A DNA stretch of 64,000 nt from Cycas panzhihuaensis (lineage: Eukaryota; Plantae; Cycadophyta): NCBI GenBank assembly GCA_023213395.1, contig CM041465.1:143785741-143849740 (forward strand), written 5' to 3'. A program made the translations under genes and the position numbers. How positions within the stretch are numbered: the stretch's first letter is position 1; every line of letters starts with the position of its first letter. Below the pieces are notes generated by a model that saw only the letters and a program-made list of their open reading frames with translations, was not told the origin of the DNA and searched no databases. Shown one piece after another: positions 11,998 to 26,014 of the stretch.

Positions 11998-14984
11998 TGA
12001 GGTGATGTTAGGCTACAAATTTGGGAAAAAATCAGATCAAAATAGGTGAGAAATTTGTATTTTATTTCCTAATTTACATGTATGATAGTAAAAAATGCTA
12101 AAAATAACTAAACATATAATAATAAAAATAAAACATAAAACATGGCAAGTTATCATGTTTTATTTGTATTATCACATTTTTTGTAATACCAAAAATATGG
12201 CAAATAAGGAGGCCAAAAAAGATAGAAAATGAGAATAGAAATCAATAAAACAAACTTATTAGCCCTCTAAAATAAGTAGTAATTTTAACAAAGTCTAGAT
12301 TATGATGAGAAAATGGCAAAAGGTGGTAGAAATTAGACTAGAATCGATTGTAATGGTTAACAGTATTAAAAAAGAAATGATAAAAAAGGGAAGACTTACA
12401 ACAAATTTACAAACCACGTTAAATAGTTGCATTATATTATTTATACTCGTGTCCTAACCATAGTTTTTTAAATCAAATAATCAACCAAAGTAGAATTGAA
12501 AACTAAACTAGTAACTAAGTGGCATCCATTAAATAAACACAAACAATAACTAGTAAACAACTTGAGAAAACAAATCAAGACATGAACCTAACTATGGAAA
12601 AAGGGCCAGTTATATTGAAACAGGGACTTTTCCAAATATAAACTAGGTATTAAAAGTGGTAAATGGAGTCTTGACTAGGCTTTTTAACTTCTTATTGTAC
12701 CAAGAAAAGGGCTTTTACTTGAGTCTTAAATGAGTAATTTATGTCAAAATAGTCAATAATTGTATTAATGAGCTACTAAAAAGAGAAAAAAGAGGTATCA
12801 AGAAACCTATAAAACTATTATAAGTGTTGCCTAATAATGACTTTTAAATATTCTCATTAAAACACAATCATATGGAAGGTAATTCATACAAGCTAGGGTG
12901 AGTGCTTATATGATCCTACCTTGTCTCTCTATAGAAGTGGATATATAAGGACCTCTTATAAAAAGGGGTTCCTTCTATAATCCATGTAGGATCTCCTTAC
13001 TGATAAAGAAGAAGAAAGATAATAAATAAGTAGTTAAGATTGTGGACCTACCACATAAACAGGATGTCTTTGAACTAGAGGGGGTTATGGTTATAAGGAA
13101 CTTATATTAAACCATAATGTCTAGGATCTAAGGTTAGGTGTAAGAGGGATTATGTTGGACCTTGGCTAGGCTTGATGAGGTCCTATAATGGAGACATGTG
13201 AAATAGGAACATTTATCCAAGAGACCACCCTCTGGGCATATACAGTAGCTCTGATAAGAGGGTACCCACCTACACAATAGTAAGATGCAAAGGTCTAACC
13301 ATAAAATATCCTAATTTATAAGTTAGCTCTACAAATTGGTTAGGGAGTAGGATTGGAAATAGGTTACCAAGGAGGGGGTGAGGCCCTAGTAGGAGTACAT
13401 TATATCCATAAGTGAAAAGATGGTGCATAACTAGTAGGAATAAATCTTGCCTATGCCATCTAAATAGGAGTATTAATCAATATGTGAGATGACATAGACT
13501 AATCAGTAAGTCCATGTAAATGGGTAGTAGGCTAGCTATATAGTGAAATAAAGTAATATATGCTTAAGAATGGGTGGTAGCAATCATGTGAGGAATGAAT
13601 GATAGCATAGTTGAGTAGGCTAGAGGTATCACAACAAGAGTGGCTAGGTTATAACCTAAAAATAAAGTGGCAACCTTAATTATTAGGCTTTTTATGGCAT
13701 GTATAGTATGGACAAGGGTAATTTGCCTTTATATCACATATATAATATGGAAAGTAGCACCTAATACTAATGTCATATGGAAAGGGGCTAGTATAATAGG
13801 TTATATAACTAATGAACATGATACAAATGTCATTGCCTCTATGTAAGGAAGGCCATACACACCTCTATATATAAGATTTTAGTTAACACATGTCATTTAA
13901 GGAATGTGTTATAAGGAGGCTAGGTGATTGTTAGACTAAAATGAGATAGGATTTAGGAAGTGGGGATTCTATCAAGAATTAGCCTCAAGAAGAAAGGAGT
14001 TTAAGACTCTTGCTAAGAAAAATATAGAACTAAAGAGGTCCCAATATCAAGATCTAGTAGTGTGTTAGTCCCTAAGTATGGAGAGAAGGAAGTGTAATGA
14101 TTTTCTAAGCAACATCTATAAAGCTTGGTTAACCATCTACTCGACTTAAAGGTAATGGGATCTTTCTTATTCACCATCCTTAAGATGGAGAATAGTAAGG
14201 AATAAGATATATAAATGAAGTGTGAATGATAATAAAAGGTAATAGAGGCTCATATATAAAGGAGTGAAGGATAATGAGATATAATATGCATGAAAGGGGT
14301 GAAAGCTTGATAACGAGAGGAAATGATACTAACACCTTCCTAGTATAGTCACTAGAGTATGTGTCATGGTTTGAGGATCCTTATATAGTAGCCTTCTCAT
14401 AGAGATTAAGGGATGAGAAAGGATACTAATAACATAGGATAATCTATGGTATACAATGGTGTATAAGATGGAAGGTGTAACTAGGACTAAAGGACTCATA
14501 ATTAGATAACAAATTAGAGCTATAAGAGTAAAATACATATGTGTATATGGGTGTTTAAAGTGGCTATATTGACACATAACTCTATAAATATAAGTCTCAC
14601 ATCCTTCATCAACTTGGGCTTAGAGGTTAGATATGCACAACAATAATCTGTACGAATCAGGTGTTAATATAGGATCAAATAGACTCAACTCTATAAATAG
14701 ACAAAAGAAATATACTATGCTAAAAGGAAGTAAGCAAATGGTAGCTAATACACCTATATATTACTCTCATAAGAGGTAAATAGCATATAATAAATGCCTA
14801 AAATCTAAGAGGATTATTAGGATGCATATGTCCCAAAATCATATACAATCCTAAACTTCTATCCTAAATCATTATCATCCTCAAAAAGGTGTACACCTGT
14901 CATAATATACATAACCAAAGAATATCTATTTTGAGTTAAAATAAGTAAAGAAATAGAGTGATATTGATGAGGAAATAAGTTATA

Positions 14985-17900
14985 TGACAGGTTCCTTTAT
15001 GGTGATCTTTCTTAATCTTATAATATAGGAGAAGCAAACAACATGATAAGAAGGCAAAATGAACCACTTTATTGTTCAAAGATGCAAAATACATAGAATA
15101 AGTGCTTATAAGGACACCAAAGAAAGCTTAAGAGCACCAAAATATACCAAAGTACAATTTTAAATGAGATGTAAAATACACAATGACCTTCCTTTATGAA
15201 CATCAAGCCTTAAATAGATAAAAGAGGCCTTCTTCTAACCAATGCCATTAATAAGAGAAATAGTCTTCAATTCTATTGGTAGTTACAAATGGTCTCATAT
15301 ACATAAGTTAATGACTACCACTAACCATCAAGATCCTTAGACATGAACATATGTGAGTAAGTTATGTAGGCCACAAGTGGTTATGTAACAAATTCCCCTC
15401 CTTGAGATGATAAATCCTTAAAGCAAAGAAGGTGTGGATATTACTTGATAAAATCAATAAATTCCTAGGTTGCTTTATCTAGTCCACAACTGACCCATTG
15501 TACTAAGTATTTAGAGATGGTCCTATTGCATAGGTGGCAATGTTAACTAGGAAAAATCTACTTTAGCAAGATGGTAAGAACTTGCTCTTCATTGAGGATT
15601 AGGAGGTTGTTTAGAAGATAATGTCTTTTCTAAGTTATTTCTTGAGGCAAGAAATATGAAAGACATTATGGATTTTGGTATTAGATAAGAGTTTAAGGGT
15701 ATAGGGAACCTCACCAATTTATTGAAGTACTTTTTATGGTCTATAATAATGTGGGATAAGCTTTTGGATTCTATAGATCTTAAGGCATTATTACTTATAG
15801 GATTAGAGATGAAGGAAGACAAAGTCACCAAAGAGAAGAAGTGATTGAAATAGTGGTAGTCAACAAGTTATTTCATATGATTTTGTGCTATGGCTAGCTT
15901 GTATTTAAGGGTTGTAGGAATTTGATCCATATTTTGGAGTTTTTATTAGATAAACATAATGCAAAGGTTAGTGGTAAGTATGTGATAGGATGGTGGGGTA
16001 TATTCGTAAAGATATAGAAATGGGGATATGTCAATGGTTAAAATGATGAGAAGAGTTATACCAATATTCTATGAGAGCTAGCTAGGAGGTCTAATTAGCT
16101 TGTTGTTCAAATGTAAAACATCTTAGGTAAGTTTCCAATGTCCTATTAAGGGCTTTTGATTAGTTGTATATTTAGGGATCATAGGCCGATCTCATATTGA
16201 ATGAGGTTTATATGGGTCTAAAGAGTTCTTACCAGAATATTCTAGTAAATTTGGGATCAAGTTCATATACTATAATGGATGAAAACTTGTAAAGGTAGAA
16301 TATAGTTTAGATATATATATCAGTAAGGCAGGATGCTTTCTGCAATATATAGACTAAGAGGAAATGGGTCTATTTTGTTTGTCTATTAACGATGACCCAA
16401 ATCAAATCATACCTGGGAGATAATAGTAACCCTATGATGAAATCCATGGTAATATCTTACCATTTTCCTTATGAAATCTATAAGAGTTAAAGTAGTCTAC
16501 GTTAAGTCATAGTATCAATTTTATTTCTTTGGCACATATCACATTCTGTGTTGAATATGAGGATGGAAGGTTTCATATATGGCTAGTGAAAATCTACATA
16601 AATATATTAATATATTTTATCAAACCCTGATGACCCCCTATAGGAATGCAATGGTATTATATTAGAATATAAGAGATAAATGTGGAAGCCAAGTGGACAA
16701 AAATATAATTTTTGTAAGGAAATAATTCATTATGAATGAACTAGTCCCTATGGTTTTAGGCTTTAAAAACCTATTTTGAGAATAGTCTAATTGGGATTGA
16801 TTTTTAGCAATTAACTCCTTTACCCAAGTTAGTTAAGGTGTAGAAATAGCATAGATTAGGGTTCCAGGGAAGTCTCATTGCTACAAGGTATACGGGAAAG
16901 GGTGTCAACAATAATATTATCTTTGCCCTTCTTATAGGTGATTGTAACATAGAATACCTATAAGCAATTGATTCATTTGGCCTACTCTTAAGACAATACT
17001 AATTAGTCTAATAGGCAATGAAGGCTATGGTGATCGATTAAGATGGTGAACTTAGAACCAAAGAGGTATTGATGCCACTTGCCCACTACATGTAGGATTT
17101 CCTTTATCTCTTTCTGATAGGTGGATAATTAAATCTCATGATCCTTAAGTTTTTGGATTTCAAATGCAATGTGATGAAATTCTTGTATGAAAATGGCACC
17201 TAGGTCAAAACTCAAAGAATCTCATTTAAGCTAAAAGGGCTATAAAAAATTAAGCATAGTAAGGACTGGAGTAGATGTCATAATGCTTTTCAAATGATTG
17301 AAAGCATATGTTGTCATAGGGGACCACATAAAAGAGTCTTTTCAAAGTAAGTTGGCTATCAGGGTAGTCAAGGAAGCATACTTTTGAATGAAGTGGTGAT
17401 AGAACCTTATGAGGGCCAAGAAGGCTTGTAATTATATGAGGTTCCTAAGGATAAGCTAGGTGGTGATAACTAAGATTTTGTTTTAGTTTACTCTGATAAC
17501 TTCTATTGAAATGATATGTCCTAAGTATTGCAACTTAGCTCTACCAATTTCACACTTAGATAGCTTTGTATATAAGGGATGCTGGTTGAGGATTTGGAGG
17601 ATTATTTTCAAATGTTAAAGGTGGTTACCCATATAAGAACTATAAATAAGGATATTATCGAAGAAAATGATGATGAACTTCCATAGATAGGGCCCAAAAA
17701 TTTTATTTATTAAGGCTTGGAATGTGGTTGGGGTGTTACATAATCCAAATGCTATCATTTAGAACTCAAAGTGCCTATAGTACATCCTAAAGGCAATCTT
17801 TTAGCAATCTTTAGGCCCAATCAAGATTTGATAATAGCTAAACTAAATAATGAGTTTAGAAAACATAGCAATGCCATAGACTTCATCAAGTATAACATCA

Positions 17901-20900
17901 ATCTTAGGGGTTAGGGACTTGTTTTTTATTATGATTTTATTGAGTTCTTGATAATCTACACATAGTTAGAATGAGCAGTCTTTTTTTTATAGGAGGACAA
18001 TGGGTGTTGCATAAGGACTTTTACTAGGTTGGATAATACCTATATCCATTAGTTTATTTATAATTTTTTCAATTTCATTTTTCTAAAAATATGAATTTCA
18101 ATAAGATATTAAGCTAATGGGGTCATAGCGATCCTTAAATTTGATTGAGTGATGAAAACCATGATCTAGTATGGGTGTGTTAGGTAATAGGGAAAAAATT
18201 AATTGATATTTTAGTAGGGTTGCATGAATGTCTAGGTGAATAGTTTGTTAAGGTTGGATGTTGTTAATGTGAATAGTATATCCAAGTACTTCCTCATTTG
18301 ATTTAGGGAGATGACTTTGTTGGGAGGAGACCAGATACCATATAATTTATGAGTTTGGCCCATGTGGTCCTTAAACAAGATGAAGGAATTATTAGCAAAG
18401 TTATTAGTATTATATGTGTCAAGTATTTAGATCCATTGGACTCTAAGGATTACATCTGATCCTCCCATACATAGGGCATAAAAGTCATTGACTTAGTGAT
18501 AAGAACTAGTTTTTACCATCATATTTTTTATAATACCATCATAATATAGGGTTTTATGTCCTGGTAAGGAATAGGCAAACCCAATTTTATGGATGATATA
18601 GAGATTTAACTATCTTACTAAGGAAACATCTATAAAGTTTAATGGCATGCCATCGTCAATTAGGATTGTGATGGGTAACTTCTTGATTTATCCTTTTACT
18701 CAAAGGGGCTTTGTGTAGGATGTGATTGAAGCAATAGTTAAGGAAACTTTTGGTTAGGGATTCGGATGGAGTTCTTAGGGGGATCCTCATCAAGTTCACT
18801 CTTAGAGATAGAGTCTTCATGTAGAGTAAGGTTAATTATAAAGATAATCTACTTTGTCTTGCACACCTTTATATGTCTAAGGACCTATTTCTCTAAATAC
18901 ATGACATAAAGGCAAGCCTTCATACATTGATTTACTTCTACCATTAGAATACAAACTTGATCTACTACCAATTTTGATGCTTAAAGTGGCATTTCCTTAT
19001 TTTTGGGTTATTGGTGCTACTAGTTAAAAAATTAGGATCATTGATACCATGTGAAGTCTTATCTAAATGATGTTGTTTACTTTGTTGCAAACATAACTTC
19101 AATTACTTTGGCTTTGGACATAACCTCCCTAAGGTTGAATAAGGATATAGCCTTCAAGTGCATATATATGCACTCTTTGAGCCCCTATACATAGATATCA
19201 ATGAGTCCATAATGATCAAGTGAATGGGAAACTTAAGTGTGTAATTCCTAAAATTCATCTATATAAGCCTCTACCAATGTTATATACTTTAGTCAGGTGA
19301 GTTAGCTAAAGAAAGATTTGTTCCAATTATCATCATATTATTTTAAAAAATTTCGATAAAATTAACCCTATGTTTGGATGGTTGGGTTCTCATACTATGA
19401 CCAATAGAGCCAATGGTGTGCATTCCTCTCTGGATGGATTGAGGCAAATATGATTTAGTTTACTAGAGACTTAAGATTTAATGAGAAGTAGGACTCTAAC
19501 TTACTAATCCAACTTTGTGAAGAATCCCTATTGAGATTAGGGTTAAAAGTGGAAACTATAATCTTGTGATTGAATTATAGTTGCCTTAATGAAGGAGGGA
19601 GCAAAGCTCTAGTAGGTGGTGATGATGGGTCTTTTGGTTTGGATGTAGATGGGTTATTAGAGTTAGTTGCTAGTTGTTATAGTATCTTCTAAATTTTCTA
19701 GTTTATATCATCTTATCATAGGTCACTCTAGTCCCATATTTATTAAATGACCCATCTTAACTCTATTATTTTTTATGAGAAAGAAGTAATACTTAAATCT
19801 ATTTCTTCGAAGTAAGGGTTTAAGATACTCACTCAAGGGTTTGAGATACTCCCTTAAAGTGTGCCTCTAATGCTTTAATATGATTGAATTATGTGGAAAG
19901 AGAAATTAGAGAATAATCTTATGTTATAAGAAGTATGAAGGGAATTATAAAAGGGAATAGATCTAGAAGAAGGGTGGTACCAAAAGGGGAAATAGGTAAA
20001 CATAAAGGGATTAAAGATTTGGGGATTGATATAGAAGGAAATGGGAGTGTTGGAGGTATCTATTACTTATTAACCTCTTACATATAATAATGCATGAATG
20101 GGGTGGAAATGAGATAATAATCTCACTTAATTCATTACAATGAATGTGATGAGCTTCTCAGAATGACACAAGTGAGCTTATGTGTGATTTTTGGGCTAAT
20201 AAGGCCCATTAGTCATTTTTCACTAAATAATTAGCTTAATATTGATTAGTCCAAAATGATTAGCATGACATACTAATTAAAATAAGGTGTATATATGACT
20301 AGATGATTTTTTTATTTTTATAATCTAGAATCTACTTGTGCAAGTTTTGTCTAAATTAGATAAGTATTTCTTAAAGTGACCATGCAAACTAAGTGCAGTC
20401 TTCTTCTTCTTCTTTCCTTTTTTTTTTTTTTGTTTGAGGGTAAACTCTAAACTAAGAGAGCAGGTGTGGCGATCAGACTTTGAGTTGAAGGTTTGGATAA
20501 GAAAATTTAAGATATTTTGTTGTTGTCTCTATACTAGAAGTTAGAGCTATATTGTTATGTCTATAGTATTGATTGATGCTATCATTCTATTGATGTTATG
20601 ACTTCAATGTTCTTTCTATTTATATTATCTTGAAAATATCTAATAGTCCCAAGTTATCTTATGGAAGTATAATAAACTTAGATTATTTTGAGGGAATTTT
20701 CTTTTTATTATTTGTGTAACCCTCTTTTTTTTGTAGAGTTTTAACTGTAGAGATATAAAAGTACTTAGGACTTAAGAAATAGGGTATACCTAGTTCTACA
20801 AGCCCCTTAATAGACTTCTTAGTCATTACTACCACTCAACCCAATCTCTTAGCATACTAACTACAAAGGAAATCCATATCCATAGCCATGGTAACCATGT

Positions 20901-21795
20901 TAGGATATTCATGAGGAGTAACTTTCTGACACTAATCGCTAGCTAGTGCATTATAGAGAATAGGTGGCTATTAGTTCTTCCTAATCTACGTAAGATAGGG
21001 GTACCTATAAGGGTCCTCTAATATAACCATAAGTATGCAAAGGCTTAATTCCATAACTGGGTTCTATTTAAAGCTTGCATAAGCCATCTGATCCACTTTG
21101 CTTCATGTATGGATATATATCCATGTACACTTAGCCCAGAGCAATAGATCCTTGTGATGCTTAAAGACCCCTAGCATAAGGACTCTACCTAATCACTAGG
21201 GGAAGGGATAGGCAGGACATTAGCTTCTATTACCTATTTACAATTGACTACTTAAGAATAGAATAAATAGAATTGATTTTAAAAGGAGGGTTTCAAGAGA
21301 TTCACTAAGGGAAAGTAATTTTTTCTCTTTTTCTTCTACTCCCTTTGATTTATTAGTTGATTTAGCTCGATTTGGCACCTTACTCTAATACCACCTAACA
21401 GGTTCCTTCTTGATAATCTTCCTTAATATTGAAATATAAGACAAGTAAAGGACATAATAGGAAGGCAAATTAAACCACTTTATTACTTGAAGAAGCAAAG
21501 TACATAGAATAAGCACTTATAAAGACACTAAAAAAAGCTTAAGAGCACCATCTAAATTACAATCTCAAATGAGATATAAAATACATAACAACCTTATTTT
21601 ATAAACATGAGGCCTTAAATAGACAAAAGAGGCCTTCTTTCAATTAACACCATTGGTGAGACAAATGGTATTCAATTCTATTTGTAGTTATAAATGGTCT
21701 TATACACACAGTTTAATGACTACCACTAACCACCAAGAGCCTTAAACATGAACATATAAGAGTAAGTTCTATATGGTGCAATTAGTAATGTAATA
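14985..21795 (-). mobile_element. Old, heavily decayed Ty3/gypsy chromovirus LTR retrotransposon
   Basis: Diverged LTRs of about 400 bp (14985-15390, 21396-21795). TSD TTATA at 14980-14984 and 21796-21800. PPT (minus AAGGAGGGGAATT) at 15391-15403 and PBS (minus TGGTATTAGAGT) at 21382-21393. Minus-strand remnants: KYLVQW (chromodomain, about 15495-15515), DITMDF (integrase, about 16440), FIIIFFDNIL (RT DD motif, about 17650-17680), GHFEF (about 17765). Confidence 0.88.
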
Positions 21796-22908
21796 TTATA
21801 CAAATTTAGGCCTTAGCTTAATGACCTTGATCCAATGATCAAATATCTAAAGACTTAACACACCAACTCCACCCTAAAGCATATGTGGGAGATAAGGTAT
21901 TACTCATATATGACTTTGTATAATAACCTTCTAAGGAATAAAGGAGATGAGAAAAACTACTCTTAACAAGTTCAATGAGAGTCCCCCAACTCTTCCAACT
22001 GAATATAATTAAGATAACCTACCCCCAACCATCTTGCTTAGAATATGATAAAACCTACTTTAGGTGTAGAAACTAAAGTGATTAGGGATTAGGTTCAAAG
22101 TTCCCTAGTTCCATCCTTAGGCTTAGCAAGCCCTAATCCTATAGATAAAGAAGCAGAGAACACACCCCTAAATGCAACTAGCATGCAATTTTTTTATTGA
22201 ATGAAAATAATGAATACCCTAGACTAGGAATGTATATATACTAAACAATTTACTAAAGGAAAAAATAATGCAAACATGTAAGTAAAATAGCAAACCTATA
22301 AGCACGTGTAACTAAGAGATTCTTTTATTCTTAATGCTCTTATAATGAGATTTCTTAAAGCCATAGAAAGAAAGGTTTCTTTTAACTTAAATAAAAAATA
22401 AAAGAAAATAATTTTACATTTTTGTCTTTGTATTATTTTATGGTATTTTTGCTTCTCCTTCTTACCAATTTATAGGAATACTTTAACATAAGAAAAAAAA
22501 AAAAAAATTATGCAAAGAACTATTGAATAAACTTTTTTATTGTGTAGATAAGAAACAAAATAAGGAAAAGAAATGCTTATATTAAGCAAAAAAAATGAAA
22601 AAAAAAAACTAGTGCAAAGTAGATCTATTAATAAAACATACATAGAAAGTAAAAATTGAAGTTAATGCCAAATGAACTTGTACACAACAAAGTACCTATA
22701 GAATGACACCTTAGATTCATGCTGTGAGAGTGGTTTTATTCCTTGAAATTCTAGCTTCATATTGGGATTAAAAGATAAGATGAAGGCATACCAATAAGAG
22801 TAGCTGAAGGAAATTGAAGATGGTTAGGTGTACAATCCTAGTTGGAAGGTGGGAGTGGAGTGATGACAATTACTCCAACATTCTCCCCCTTAATATCATC
22901 ATGAACAC

Positions 22909-23637
22909 TTATATCTTTTCCTTGAACTTATGGAACTTGTACTTGAGAAAAACTTTGAAATTCTGATCTTGATTAACATACTTCAACCTTCTTGCAAAAT
23001 ATATCTCTTTACCAAGGAATGATGAAAAGAAACTATAAGTAGATGATGCTTGATTCAAGTATGTATGTATAGATGTAACTTTAACTTTATCAACTAGAAC
23101 ATTGAGAAAAAATTGAATTTGAACCTTATCTTTTGTAATACTTATGCTGTGAACAACTATCATATCATCAGTTTCATTCTTTGTCATATCATCACATGCA
23201 TTCTTCATCATATCATATGATTCATTTTCATTCTCCCCCTCAAATGGAGGATTAAATCCTTGTGTAGCAAGTTGGTCCTACATTTGATCTGAGTCTTCAT
23301 AGGTGTTGTCATTATGCTTCATATGTTCTGTCACCTGTCTCACATGCTCATCAAAACTATCATCAAATGCATGGAGGGTATCTCCCCCATAAGTAAGAAT
23401 CAATACATTCCAAACTGATTGAGACGTTGTTAGTTCAGAAACCTTTGAAAAAACATCATCATTCACAGTGCAAAATAATAAACCTAAAACTTCATTATCT
23501 TTTCTAAAATTTTCTTTAATACTAAGGTCACATTCATGTTATAAATACTTTAAAAGATCATATTCAATAAAGTAAGTTTGCATGGTATCATACCATAGTG
23601 AAAAGTTATGGCCATCGAAAATGGGAAATTGTGCCAT
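22909..23637 (-). pseudogene. Gag-derived ORF of element A (about 242 codons, copia Gag N-terminus fused to an unassigned C-terminal part)
   Basis: MAQFPIFDGHNFSLWYDTMQTYF...FSKVSELTTSQSVWNVLILTYGG matches the copia Gag P.FDG.NF..W and VW..L..TY pattern. It joins ORFs 23278..23466 and 22909..23211 in one frame, with only two stops (TAA/TAG, consistent with CAA/CAG) and no frameshift. Confidence 0.8.
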
Positions 23638-25807
23638 TTTATCAAAAAACTCTAATACATATAAAGTATGCTTTTACTAAATCAAAAGAGTTAATAAATG
23701 ACTAAACTTGTATGATGTCAAATATTCTTTTTAAAACAAATATAATGTCTTTTGAAAATAAATGAACTAAATGCAATAAGGAAAAAATGAATATAAAAAC
23801 AACTTTGAAAACATATACCAATATCCTTTTAATGATACAAATTTGAATGTAAATTCTCAATGCAATAAATCCTTAACCTTGATAATAATGTAGAATTCTA
23901 AAAAAATTGAAATATATATATTTTTTACTTTGAAAGATAAGGAGTATGAAGAAACTTTTTTTAAAAGAAGGGTTAGATGATAACCTCAAGTTTGGTTGCT
24001 TCAAAAGTATACTAAATAATGTCAGAAGAATATGAAACTTTATGAGTATGAAGATAACAAAATATGAATTCAACAAAACTGACAGTTTTGAAAACGGGTT
24101 CCTATAAGTCATGTTTTGATGAATCAAAGTAACAGGCCTTATTTTGAGGCCTAACAGGAGCAGGGAGCTCAAAATTGCATCAAATTACTAATAAAACTTT
24201 AGAAAGTGTTAAAAAATGATCAAATATATTTTTTTAAACTACTAAATACATGTTTAGTTAAAAAATTTTGAAAAACATTATATGAAAATATGTGAAAAAT
24301 GACAGATTGAGGCTAGTAAGTAGTCCAAATTAAATAGATTTGAAAATAAATAAAAACACTTTAAAACAGATAAAAAACTATATCATTTCAAAGGGGAATG
24401 AGTCAGATTCCCAACGAAGCTGACAGAATTAAATTTAGATATTAAACAAAAAAGTTACAGTAAAAATAGTAATAAGTACTTTTTATGTAAAAAATGTTAA
24501 AAACACTAAAAAACACTAAAATGTCAAATTCAATGATTAAAATAATAGTCAAAATAAATTCTAAAAAATAAAATAAAATATGGGTTTCAAAATTTGTTGA
24601 ACTAGATCAATGTAGAACAAATTTGGGCTAAAAATAATTTCCAGGTAATAAAAGGCAACCAGTTCAAAAACGTTTTTGTAAAAAATTGAAAACAGACTGA
24701 AAAAATGGGTAATTGACTTTAAAATAATTGAAACAGTGTCAAATCTGCACCAAATTGGTCATATGACTAGTCAAAAATGATCTAGAGAAAAAATTTGATC
24801 TAATGAAAGTGGTTTTGTCTAAAACTGATACTTCAGCAAGAAGTTATGGCAAAACATTACCAATAACTCTATGTAAAATAAAAAATTTTAAAAAAAATAA
24901 AAATAAAAAATTTTATAAAAAAAAGAAATAGCCCCTTTTGAGGCGAGATAAGGATCACATGGAAAGCTTGTGTAACCGGGGGCTAGAGGGAAGCTGGGTA
25001 GGGTTTAAAACCATAGATTTAAAATTGTATCAATACAATTAATTTTTAACTTTATTAAAAGGAAATGTTTAAAAGTCGGGCCGTCTAATCAATGAATATA
25101 TATGGCGCGAACTGTGCCACCACCCAAAGTGTTGTGAATCATTCTATTGGATTGGATGAAGGTGCCACGCCACTGCACTGTCTCAGATTTCCAACGCTGT
25201 CTGCGATCTTAGCCAGAGGAGCTTCCTGGTGCTATTAGCCCGATTACTATTGTATTTTGTTTTTATACAATTGGACGGCTTACGTGTCCTCCACTTAAAT
25301 GTGATTTATATATATATAATAAAAGGAAGGGGGCGCCTATAATTTCAAGTCAGAAGGAGCACAATATATATATATATATATATATAATAAAATGAAAGGA
25401 GCGTTGCACGAAAACAAAGTTGGACAAACACACACGATGTTATTAAACCGCTTCTGTGTACTCAGCCGGAGAGTGTTGTTATTAATAAAAGGTGCAGCTC
25501 AAATGCCCATGCTGTTAATAAATGATGAAGCTACCAACGAAAGACACCAACACGTCAACATCGATCTAGAAGCCAAAGCGTTGGGATTTTGCAACACCAA
25601 CGCGTTATTGCCCAATTGGCAGGCAGGATCCCAACTGTAAAATATAGAAATGTTATACAAAGGATACAAAGCTGGAATCAGGTCATAGACTTGCTCATAT
25701 GGATGCTCAGCTCGTTCAATGAATGGAGATATTATAGGCCAGTGTAGAAAAATGGTTCAAAGTTACCTCCAGGTCATATGGAACGGCCACAAAGCTCCCC
25801 AGATGTG

Positions 25808-26014
25808 GGACATGCAGACGAATTTGAACACAGAGAACGGTCAAGGCGGCCTCTGTCCAGGAACACTGGGATTTCAATAGGAATTCTTAGCCCATATAGA
25901 TTATTTATGCTTATTTGTCTTATGGCTCTGGGATTCTTTCTTACATGGTAGATTTGCTATCCAAATAGGGATGCAATGTGGCTATGGGGAATGTCGGTTA
26001 TCTGCGAGCTTTGG
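25808..26014 (+). pseudogene. CSLD: Captured fragment of a cellulose synthase-like D gene (first TM region), CSLD5-like
   Basis: Translation GHADEFEHRERSRRPLSRNTGISIGILSPYRLFMLICLMALGFFLTW*ICYPNRDAMWLWGMSVICELW matches the CSLD pattern ERS.RPL.RK....I.SPYRL...RL.ALG.FL.WR..HPNR.AMWLWGMS..CELW. Stop at 25949-25951. Confidence 0.92.

Noticed and set aside
12900-14900. Additional gypsy-like remnant partly similar to 20800-21250
   Set aside because: Too decayed to assign domains, LTRs or a TSD by eye.
25392-25640. 82-aa ORF after a TATA-like tract as a real gene
   Set aside because: No recognisable domain, and it lies inside the TSD-bounded element A. The recognisable CSLD homology is in a different frame downstream.
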